Virus record (IMG/VR): IMGVR_UViG_3300011339_000654
Coordinates: 1-24,088 of that record
Strand: one strand, 5' to 3'
Length of the DNA: 24,088 nucleotides
Origin: a virus
Lineage: Duplodnaviria; Caudoviricetes
Under the pieces are notes generated by a model that worked only from the letters and a program-made list of their open reading frames with translations, searched no databases and was not told the DNA's origin. Below are positions 1 through 6,935 of this stretch, in pieces. Every line of letters starts with the position of its first letter. Within the stretch, counting starts at the first letter, position 1. A program made the translations under genes and the position numbers.

Positions 1-105
1 TACGACAGCAACGTGTTGCTGGGGAAAACTCGAAAGGGAGGGAATTATTACACATACGACCTCGGCGGGTCCGTGCTCGATGTAGAGTGGATGCGTCGAA
101 CATAG
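1..105 (+). CDS. 3' end of a hypothetical protein (truncated by window)
   Basis: Frame 1 open from base 1 (YDSNVLLGKTRKGGNYYTYDLGGSVLDVEWMRRT) to TAG at 103-105; co-oriented with all other genes. Confidence 0.5.
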   Translation, partial: YDSNVLLGKTRKGGNYYTYDLGGSVLDVEWMRRT

Positions 106-172
106 CCCGACATGGGTAAGCACGCGTACGAGTGCGCGTATCTGCTTATGATGCACATCAGGAGGTTGAAAA

Positions 173-1489
173 ATGGATGAGCAAGTCAATGATCTTGCAG
201 AACTATCGCTCGAGGATCTCGCCGCGATATTGCAAAGCGGGGACGAGCGCAGGGTAGGCGCTGTCCTGTCTGGTGGAAAGAGTACATGGTCGCAGGTTTT
301 CCGCCCGCACGGCGAAGGCACGCGCAATGCGGGGCTGGTGGGCTATTGCGGATTCCTCCGCGCAAAGCGGTTTGAGTATGAGCATGCCTTGTACCACGCG
401 ATGGTTTGGAACGATGCCTACTGCGTGCCACCGCTCCCGCGTGAGGAGGTCGAGCGGACCATATCCCGATTCTGGGTTACATGGGCACAAGGCACGATAC
501 CGGACGCACTCCCAGGCGTTACACCTGCCGGCGCGTGGGAAATCTGGGACTGGGACCGGATGCTGGTCGAAGAACAGCAGCTCGGCGCGCAGCAGTGGTT
601 GGTTGACAAGGTTTTTGCGGTTGGTGGATTGCACTACCTATCGTCGCCACCCGGCACTGGCAAGACATGGGTGATGCTCGACCTCATGCGCGCCGCCCTC
701 GATGGCGGTCAATGGCTTGGGGAGTTCGACATCCCACAAACGCCCGTCATGTACATCGATGAGGAAATGGGCCTCCGCAAGCTCATGAGCCGGCTAAGGC
801 GACTCGGCCTCAAGAGCGGTGCGGGATTAACCTACACCAACCGTGTCGGGGTTCGTATGGACACGATGATGGATACCAAGCGCGTCCTCGATCACTGTCA
901 GGCGACAGGCACGCGGCTTGTGCTGATTGACTCCCTGGTGCGCATTCACGGGCTCGATGAGTCGGACAACTCACAGATGCGGATGTTGTTTGAGCGGTTT
1001 AAATGCCTCCTCGAGGCCGACATTGCCGTAGTGATTGCACACCATGACCGCAAGGGAGGGACAGCAGGCGGCATCGCGCACGAGGGAATGCGCGGCGCTG
1101 CGGAGATTGTTGCAGCTGCAGATGCCGCATACAGCCTGTCTCGAGTCGATAAGGGCCAGTATCGCATCCAGACAACTAAAGGGCGTCTGGTGGGCGAGGA
1201 TGAGGCCCTAGACGTCACGTTTGAAATCGCGGACGACGGTGGGCAGACATACATCCGGACAGTGGACAAGGACGCTCGGGCCGCGATTGCATCCAAAGCG
1301 ATACAGGACGAGTTGCTGGCCGCCATTGATACCGGTCAGGGACTTGGTATCAATGTGCTTGCGAAGCAGCTAGGCAAGCGCAAAGCGACGCTCCAGGACG
1401 TGCTCGGGCAAATGCTCAGTGATGGCTTGATAACGTCTCAGCGGGGTCCGAATGCGTCCGTTTTGTACTATCCGCGGGGCATGTTCTAA
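173..1489 (+). CDS. PriCT-1 domain + RecA-like (AAA_25/RepA-type) helicase with probable C-terminal winged helix
   Basis: SD AGGAGGT at 160-166. PriCT-1-like GEGTRN...WND...PPLPREEVERTI; Walker A SPPGTGKT; YIDEE; Walker B LVLIDSL; HHDRK and MRGA motifs; wHTH-like end INVLAKQLGKRKATLQDVLGQMLSDGLI. Confidence 0.88.
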   Translation: MDEQVNDLAELSLEDLAAILQSGDERRVGAVLSGGKSTWSQVFRPHGEGTRNAGLVGYCGFLRAKRFEYEHALYHAMVWNDAYCVPPLPREEVERTISRFWVTWAQGTIPDALPGVTPAGAWEIWDWDRMLVEEQQLGAQQWLVDKVFAVGGLHYLSSPPGTGKTWVMLDLMRAALDGGQWLGEFDIPQTPVMYIDEEMGLRKLMSRLRRLGLKSGAGLTYTNRVGVRMDTMMDTKRVLDHCQATGTRLVLIDSLVRIHGLDESDNSQMRMLFERFKCLLEADIAVVIAHHDRKGGTAGGIAHEGMRGAAEIVAAADAAYSLSRVDKGQYRIQTTKGRLVGEDEALDVTFEIADDGGQTYIRTVDKDARAAIASKAIQDELLAAIDTGQGLGINVLAKQLGKRKATLQDVLGQMLSDGLITSQRGPNASVLYYPRGMF

Positions 1490-1518
1490 GCCATCAAAAA
1501 TGGCCTGATTTGGGGCCT

Positions 1519-1585
1519 CAAGTGGTTCCCGCAAGTGGTTCCGCAAGTGGTTCCCCTTTAAGTATATAAATATGGGAACCACTTG
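1519..1585. repeat. Iteron-like repeats: three direct CAAGTGGTTCC(C) plus one inverted copy across an AT-rich spacer (putative replication origin)
   Basis: Direct copies at 1519-1530, 1532-1542 and 1544-1555; spacer CTTTAAGTATATAAATAT at 1556-1573; inverted copy GGGAACCACTTG at 1574-1585. Origin role is inferred from its position after the helicase. Confidence 0.8.
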
Positions 1586-1704
1586 TAAAAACCCCCCTTA
1601 TAAATCCCCCCGTGTAGGCGGCCTACGGCACCGCCACTACGCTCCGCCTACGGCGGGGTTGGCAGTTAGACAGTTAAGCATATTGGCGTTAAGAATGTTT
1701 GGAA

Positions 1705-1760
1705 TGCGGTGGTCCTGGTACCCGCTCCCTTCGGGTCGCGGAGTACCGAGACCACACGCA
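1705..1760. other. Long imperfect hairpin with C-TTCG-G loop
   Basis: Paired arms TGCG/CGCA, GTGGTC/GACCAC, GGTAC/GTACC, CCGC/GCGG and CC-TTCG-GG in intergenic DNA. Confidence 0.7.
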
Positions 1761-1808
1761 GGATGGACAGCTGGGAGACATCACATGATAGTGTCCAAAA
1801 ATTCACTA

Positions 1809-1838
1809 TTGCGCGGCCATGCGCGATTGTGTTATAAC
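1809..1838 (+). promoter_or_regulatory. Putative sigma70-type promoter
   Basis: TTGCGC (1809-1814), 18 bp spacer, extended -10 TGtTATAAC (1830-1838); upstream of SD AAGGAG and ATG 1881. Confidence 0.55.
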
Positions 1839-1880
1839 GTCGAACCGGTCAAAACCGGCGACGGTAAGGAGTAAGCAAGT

Positions 1881-2522
1881 ATGGCAGGGTTTTTCCAATC
1901 GACCGCATTCCGCCCGGATGCGGTACCAGCACCAGCAGGCACGTACGTGTGCAAGCTCGCTGGGCTCAACGTTGTGCAGCGTCCAAAGTATCAGCGTCCT
2001 GGGGAGTTTGAAGACCAGTACGAGTTTTCGTTCGAGACCACGCAGGTGACGGATGCAAACGGCAACCCGTACCGCTTCCGCAAGTGGACTGGCATGTCTT
2101 ACGGTTCTGATCGCGCGCACCTCACACAGCTGATGGACACGATGCTCGGTCAGCGGTTCACCGCTCAGCAGTGGTCACAGCTCAACGACGCGCTGCTTTT
2201 CAATGGCGCATGGAATGTGACGGTGGAGTGGGTTGCACCTCGCAACGAGACAGGCAGTGGCACGAACGCGATTGTGTCTGTATATCCGGCCACACCAGCG
2301 CCACAGCAGGGATTTGCACAGCAACCGGCACAGATGGCCCCACAGCAGGGATTCGCGCCACAGCAGGCGCCACAGGGGCAAGGATGGGTGCAACAACCAC
2401 CGGTGCAACAATACGCGCCACAAGCGCCGCAGGCACCGCAACCACCACGCGCACCAGGGCGCAAAGCGCAGGCGCCTGCCGGGGATGCGTTCGGCGAGCT
2501 CAAGGATCCATTCGACGAGTAG
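1881..2522 (+). CDS. Putative single-stranded DNA-binding/replication protein
   Basis: Beta-rich N-terminal domain (PAGTYVCKL...YEFSFE), Gln/Pro-rich linker and acidic-aromatic tip DPFDE like SSB tails; next to the helicase and origin. Confidence 0.65.
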   Translation: MAGFFQSTAFRPDAVPAPAGTYVCKLAGLNVVQRPKYQRPGEFEDQYEFSFETTQVTDANGNPYRFRKWTGMSYGSDRAHLTQLMDTMLGQRFTAQQWSQLNDALLFNGAWNVTVEWVAPRNETGSGTNAIVSVYPATPAPQQGFAQQPAQMAPQQGFAPQQAPQGQGWVQQPPVQQYAPQAPQAPQPPRAPGRKAQAPAGDAFGELKDPFDE

Positions 2523-2532
2523 GACGACACGA

Positions 2533-2560
2533 GGCCCGGGCAAAGACCCGGGCCATTTTT
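2533..2560 (+). terminator. Rho-independent terminator
   Basis: Perfect 8-bp stem GGCCCGGG-caaaga-CCCGGGCC followed by ATTTTT, just after the stop at 2522. Confidence 0.8.
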
Positions 2561-2573
2561 GCAGGAGGTAGGT

Positions 2574-3146
2574 ATGGAAGAACAAGCAAAGTGGGACGAT
2601 GGCCCCGTAAGTTTTGGCGTCAAGCCAGTGACTGAGTACACGTTTCAGGAGCTGCGCGTGGCATTTGGCGTGTTTGCGCAGAAGGTTGAGCAACTTGAGC
2701 TCAAGCAGGCAATGTTTGAGCAAGTAGCACAACAGGTTTATGGCGCATTGAAGGCGAGAGTAGACAAACTTGATGGAACCGGCGCCGATGGCAACGATGA
2801 TGACCTCGACCTTATGAGTATCTCGGAGTTGACTACCTGGGCGAAAGCAATGTCTACCAAAGTTGCTGAGTTAGACCTGATGGGTGATTTGGGGAACGCT
2901 GCAGCCACAAAGGGTATTGATGCACTGAGGCAAGACGTAGACAGTCACACGCAACTGATTGAGCGGTTGCAATCGCCAACTGATGAGGACCTCGCGAAGC
3001 TGGCCGAAGCGGTATTGTCGGTGCCGCTCGATAAGTTTGCGTACAAGGGTTATGAGGCCGGTATCTTTGGCAAGGTGCACGACATCGAGTCGCAAGTGAT
3101 GGCACAAGCAGAGGACATCGAGGAGGCGCGAGCAGATGGCGAATAA
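2574..3146 (+). CDS. Hypothetical acidic coiled-coil protein
   Basis: SD AGGAGGT at 2563-2569 favours ATG 2574; helical, heptad-like composition. Confidence 0.75.
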   Translation: MEEQAKWDDGPVSFGVKPVTEYTFQELRVAFGVFAQKVEQLELKQAMFEQVAQQVYGALKARVDKLDGTGADGNDDDLDLMSISELTTWAKAMSTKVAELDLMGDLGNAAATKGIDALRQDVDSHTQLIERLQSPTDEDLAKLAEAVLSVPLDKFAYKGYEAGIFGKVHDIESQVMAQAEDIEEARADGE

Positions 3147-3378
3147 CTTCACGAGTGCCAAGCCTCGGCGTGGTTCGGAGTTTGGCGAGATCTACCGCAC
3201 TCTCACTGAGGGTCGCGGTATTCGTCGTATGGCATGGCCTCCGCGTGCAGCGGTGCGTCTCGATGGCGAACTGCTGATGATTGTCATCGATGGCAAGCCG
3301 CGACAGCGCTGGTATCCGCATCCGGGAGACATCCTGGACAAGGGCACACCAGTGCGCGATTGGGAGGTGGTCGAATGA
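3136..3378 (+). CDS. DUF2829 / Thoeris anti-defence Tad2-like small protein
   Basis: FGE-x4-L-xx-G-xx-I-RR-xx-W ... W-x-P-xxx-DIL ... DWEVVE follows the Tad2/DUF2829 pattern (FGEAL..LK.G..V.R.GW ... W.PSQ.D.LA.DW.IV); GAGGAGG upstream. Confidence 0.65.
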   Translation: MANNFTSAKPRRGSEFGEIYRTLTEGRGIRRMAWPPRAAVRLDGELLMIVIDGKPRQRWYPHPGDILDKGTPVRDWEVVE

Positions 3379-4169
3379 TTGGCGCATATGGCATCGGCAC
3401 TATCAGCCGTTCAAACGTTGTGACATCACCAGGGAGCGGAAAGCGTGAATCTTTCACACGCGAGCGCATCGAGGAGATTGTCCGAGGAGTCGCAAAGCAT
3501 GTCAACGATGGCATGACGGTTGCTCAAGCTAGCCGGATAGTCTTCGGTGATGGTCGTAATTTCTACTATGTCCTGAGCAAGAGCGAGGAGCACAAGCGCC
3601 TGTATTATCGGCTGGTCAATGGTCGCGGTAATCCAGGACAACGGACACTCACGCAGAGCGAGCGCATCGAGCGGCTAAAGACCTACTGGGACCTCCGCGA
3701 CGCAGCTGTAACAAAAGCAGACGCTGAAAAGCAGGCGAGGGTTTGGAGTAGTGACATCCCAAATTGGCTCAAAGATGACACGATCAACTCCTACTGGGTT
3801 GAGCGCGAAGCGCAACACCTCGCAATAAAAGAGCGCATCAACGGCATCCGCCGAGAGAAAAAGGCCGCATCATTCGCGAAGACAATCGCGGAGAAAAAGC
3901 AAGCCTCGATGCAAGACACAGCTGCGAGCACTGCATCATCCATCAAAATCATCAAGCCCACTGGTGTACAGGATGGCTCGATTGCATCGGTGTTGCCTGC
4001 GCTCCGTGCCGGCAAGGCGATACGGCGGAGCGACTCATACACTTGCTATGCGATGTGTGAGGGGCGCATGATTGAGTACAAGGTCATCCTCGGACGTCGT
4101 CAGCATGTGGGGCTTGCGTACATCATCGGTGCAGATCTGCTGGCGACTGACTGGGAGGTGATGGCATGA
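3375..4169 (+). CDS. Putative HTH-containing protein with C-terminal degenerate DUF2829/Tad2-like domain
   Basis: ATGA overlap at 3375 with SD GGAGGTG. C-terminus VLPALRAGKAIRR...ADLLATDWEV; two HTH-like helical segments in the N-terminal half. Confidence 0.6.
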   Translation: MIGAYGIGTISRSNVVTSPGSGKRESFTRERIEEIVRGVAKHVNDGMTVAQASRIVFGDGRNFYYVLSKSEEHKRLYYRLVNGRGNPGQRTLTQSERIERLKTYWDLRDAAVTKADAEKQARVWSSDIPNWLKDDTINSYWVEREAQHLAIKERINGIRREKKAASFAKTIAEKKQASMQDTAASTASSIKIIKPTGVQDGSIASVLPALRAGKAIRRSDSYTCYAMCEGRMIEYKVILGRRQHVGLAYIIGADLLATDWEVMA

Positions 4170-4534
4170 CATTTGAGAGCATCATCGTTCAGCACTGGAT
4201 GGCAGATTTCGTCAATCAGTCACGTGAGATTGCGGTCGCAAAGTCCAGCGACAACATCGCACTCCTACGGCATGTGTTGTATTACTCGCTGCACTTTGTT
4301 CTAGTCGCATCGGTGTACAGCCTGATTGACGACGCGCATAGCTGGGATGTGTTTCGGTATATGGGATTTATCGGCATCAATGCGATGCTGCACCTCGTGG
4401 TCGACTACTTCACCAGTCGGGCATCAACCAAAGCGTACAAGGCTGATGACATCAAGCGGTTTTGGAACATCATCGGGTTTGACCAGATGCTCCACACGCT
4501 TTGCCTCTATGTGACATGGAAGGCTTTCTCATGA
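4166..4534 (+). CDS. DUF3307-like membrane protein
   Basis: HWMADFVNQ, LLRHV, LHLVVDY and IGFDQMLH motifs with hydrophobic helices; ATGA overlap. Confidence 0.8.
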   Translation: MTFESIIVQHWMADFVNQSREIAVAKSSDNIALLRHVLYYSLHFVLVASVYSLIDDAHSWDVFRYMGFIGINAMLHLVVDYFTSRASTKAYKADDIKRFWNIIGFDQMLHTLCLYVTWKAFS

Positions 4535-4851
4535 TGGTGGTCAATGGTTTGAAATATGATTCGAATGAGCTTTTGCCGGTGGTAAGGGCCATCAAGGACA
4601 GGGTGGATATCAAGCAACCACTCAGTGCAAGTGAGATTGACTATATAAGCGCCAACTACGACCCTTTGCGTAGTCAGACGATGATAAAGATTAGCCGTCG
4701 CGATGGTCTCGGTCGATGGAACTACGACACTTTTCTCCATCCTGAGTACATCGATGGAGCAAGCGACGACTACCTGATGGGTACACTCGTCAACTTATGT
4801 CTGGAGTTTGTAAATGAGTCTCGGGATTCCGTTCAGACTGGAGAGCAATAA
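4531..4851 (+). CDS. Hypothetical protein
   Basis: ATGA overlap with the previous stop; fills the operon. Confidence 0.7.
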   Translation: MMVVNGLKYDSNELLPVVRAIKDRVDIKQPLSASEIDYISANYDPLRSQTMIKISRRDGLGRWNYDTFLHPEYIDGASDDYLMGTLVNLCLEFVNESRDSVQTGEQ

Positions 4852-4852
4852 G

Positions 4853-5395
4853 ATGATGTTTGCAGCAATGCCTACCCCTCGTAGGCCTAGGCTAGAACCA
4901 CGGACCATCTACAAGTTCGCGCCGCGCCGCGTACCGACGGATTGCCTTATCCTGGGACATGTTGGTCCTGTCAGGGAGTGCATCAACTTCGCGATGCAAA
5001 CAAAGGTCGACTACGGGGAAGTTCGGCGTGAGACGCTCGGATTCTCAGCAAGTCCAAAGTTTTGGATAGATTTCCATAAGGGAGTTACCGATGTGGTTTT
5101 CGACCCAGCGCAATGCGCGTTGTTTGGGCATCACATCGATATTGTCGACGAGGATGTAGATGTGTGCTGGATCAAAGTCCACATTGCATCCGATCCGACA
5201 CCGTATCCCGACCGGTCGGATTTGATGACGCATCTATTTGCCGCATTCGAGGCACTGACAAAGGCATCGCAAACCATTGACGAGATGCAACATGCAGATG
5301 TGCTCGAGGGCATCGACAGGCATTTTGTCAAGACCGCACAAAAGCAGCTCGGCCACATGCTACACCTCGACATGATGGACCAAGGAGGCACGTGA
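4853..5395 (+). CDS. Hypothetical protein
   Basis: ATG 1 nt after TAA 4851, GGAG upstream; no recognisable motif. Confidence 0.7.
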   Translation: MMFAAMPTPRRPRLEPRTIYKFAPRRVPTDCLILGHVGPVRECINFAMQTKVDYGEVRRETLGFSASPKFWIDFHKGVTDVVFDPAQCALFGHHIDIVDEDVDVCWIKVHIASDPTPYPDRSDLMTHLFAAFEALTKASQTIDEMQHADVLEGIDRHFVKTAQKQLGHMLHLDMMDQGGT

Positions 5396-5652
5396 TGAAG
5401 GGTAAGAATGGCGCGGATGAATACTCCGCACGCCTGGGCGCCGTCATTCGGCGTATGCGGGTACGGACCGGATTGTCACAGGAGATGTTCGCCTGTACTC
5501 ATAACATCAACCGTACGTATATGACTGACATTGAGCTCGGGCGTAGGAATATCACGATTGCCATGGGGCAACGCATCGCGGACGGCCTTGGCATGACGCT
5601 TGTGCAGCTGCTCTCGATGGCGGATGCAATGGAGGTGCAGGATGGGATTTGA
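5392..5652 (+). CDS. XRE-family helix-turn-helix transcriptional regulator
   Basis: LGAVIRRMR...GLSQEMFA...INRTYMTDIELGRRNIT...IADGLG; SD AGGAGG (start GTG 5392 or ATG 5395). Confidence 0.92.
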   Translation: MMKGKNGADEYSARLGAVIRRMRVRTGLSQEMFACTHNINRTYMTDIELGRRNITIAMGQRIADGLGMTLVQLLSMADAMEVQDGI

Positions 5653-6091
5653 AACAATCGTCGGCAAGACAGCCGACAAGGTAGATGCACATCGACACAT
5701 GGTGATGGACTGTATCAGCCTTGGTATGGCGTTTAAGACAGACGACGTCATGCCTAATGCGTGGTTGCCAATCACTGGGCATGGCGTGACGTACGCCATG
5801 TCGTACGGTTGCAAGGTTCGCAAAATGCAATGGACCGATGGATGCTTTGTCGAGATGGTCAACGTCGATGAAGACGACACCGAATCTGAGCGCGTGATGC
5901 GTGCGACGGGCACGGATGTGTTCAAACACGATTGCCAAGCGTTCGGGAGTTTTGTCCTGGAGCAACTTATCGACACACTACACCTCGGCTCGTGGCAAGT
6001 TATGCTCACTCCCTCACAGTACATCCGGTGGACTGTAGTATGGAGAGAGTGGCGCAAGCAAATCACTGAGATGGACGGTGAAAAGTGCTGA
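5642..6091 (+). CDS. Hypothetical protein
   Basis: SD GGAGGTG at 5631-5637 before ATG 5642; overlaps the XRE stop. Confidence 0.7.
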   Translation: MGFETIVGKTADKVDAHRHMVMDCISLGMAFKTDDVMPNAWLPITGHGVTYAMSYGCKVRKMQWTDGCFVEMVNVDEDDTESERVMRATGTDVFKHDCQAFGSFVLEQLIDTLHLGSWQVMLTPSQYIRWTVVWREWRKQITEMDGEKC

Positions 6092-6231
6092 CGTGGGCGC
6101 TTATCATCATCAGCGCAACGGCACTCGCGATGCTGGCCATTGGCGCACTTATCATCGGGTATTGCGCGACCGTGTGCCGTGCGATTGACAGCTCATACGA
6201 GACCAATGGACAACGCGACGATATCGCTTGA
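6085..6231 (+). CDS. Small single-pass membrane protein (48 aa, absent from the ORF track)
   Basis: GTG 6085 to TGA 6229-6231: MLTWALIIISATALAMLAIGALIIGYCATVCRAIDSSYETNGQRDDIA. Exactly bridges the upstream stop (6091) and ATG 6233. Confidence 0.6.
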   Translation: MLTWALIIISATALAMLAIGALIIGYCATVCRAIDSSYETNGQRDDIA

Positions 6232-6232
6232 C

Positions 6233-6550
6233 ATGCAGGAGCCGTGGCATCATAACGTGTCACGGCTCAAGCTGTTAGGTCATAGCCCGCTCGATATCGC
6301 CGAGCATTATCGCTCATACGTCAAGCGGTACATGCGCTCGGCTCGATGGCGAGTGACACGGCAACGCATCCTCGATGCCCACTCGGGATGTTGCGCCAGG
6401 TGCGGAGTTTCACGGGAGCGGTACAAAGTTGACGTGCATCACCTGACATATGCCCGCCTCGGTGGCGAGGATGACGCAGATCTTTTGCCTCTCTGCTACC
6501 GATGCCATGGCACCATTCACTACGTACGGTCGATGTATAAGGCACAATAA
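6233..6550 (+). CDS. HNH endonuclease
   Basis: RW...R..IL...CARC...VDVHHLTY...DLLPLCYRCH; start uncertain (6206 or 6233). Confidence 0.9.
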   Translation: MQEPWHHNVSRLKLLGHSPLDIAEHYRSYVKRYMRSARWRVTRQRILDAHSGCCARCGVSRERYKVDVHHLTYARLGGEDDADLLPLCYRCHGTIHYVRSMYKAQ

Positions 6551-6558
6551 GGTCATGG
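6543..6558 (+). promoter_or_regulatory. Putative -10 element 6 nt before the terS start (leaderless-type)
   Basis: CACAAT-aaggtc-ATGG; same geometry as at 8275 and 14534. Confidence 0.4.
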
Positions 6559-6935
6559 AATCACGACAAGGACGAAAGATAGACGGCGAGCTTGAGGCCG
6601 CTATACAAGCGGCACTTATTGCGGGACAGCGACAGTCAGACATCGCGAGGCATTACGGCCTGCCTGACTCGACGGTGATGCGCATCCGCAAGCGCATGAC
6701 CGACACGCAACTGCAAGCGCTTGCAAATACGCAAACTCAGCAGCAGACGCAACTAGACGACATGCTCGTTGACCTGCTGGCGGACAACATCAAGGCTATG
6801 CAAGGCATAGCAAGGACAGCACACGATGCCAAGTACAGGGAACAGCAGAACGCAGCTGCCCTCGCTAAGCTCTATGACGCGATTGCGACTACAACGCTTC
6901 AGATTCTCAACGCGGCAGCCGAGCCCGGCGACTAA
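6555..6935 (+). CDS. terS: Putative terminase small subunit
   Basis: N-terminal HTH (QRQSDIARHYGLPDSTVMRIRK), helical C-terminus, directly upstream of terL. Confidence 0.7.
   Translation: MESRQGRKIDGELEAAIQAALIAGQRQSDIARHYGLPDSTVMRIRKRMTDTQLQALANTQTQQQTQLDDMLVDLLADNIKAMQGIARTAHDAKYREQQNAAALAKLYDAIATTTLQILNAAAEPGD

Noticed and set aside
1519-1585. Short repeats as a mini-CRISPR array
   Set aside because: Repeats are 11-12 bp, nearly abutting, without unique spacers, and one is inverted; no cas genes present.
1572-1874. 100-aa ORF across the intergenic region
   Set aside because: No SD, unnatural composition, and it overlaps the repeats, hairpins and promoter.
2165-2732. Cys-rich and other overlapping ORFs; CCACAGCAGGG repeats
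   Set aside because: Shadows of the Gln/Pro-rich linker codons of the SSB-like gene.
5392-5652. XRE gene as a lysogeny switch
   Set aside because: Co-oriented inside an operon, with no divergent partner, peptidase domain or integrase in the window; lifestyle cannot be called.
6233-6555. cos site or mobile homing element at the HNH gene
   Set aside because: Only 4 nt separate HNH and terS, with no cos-like structure or intron/intein context; an HNH beside terminase is common.
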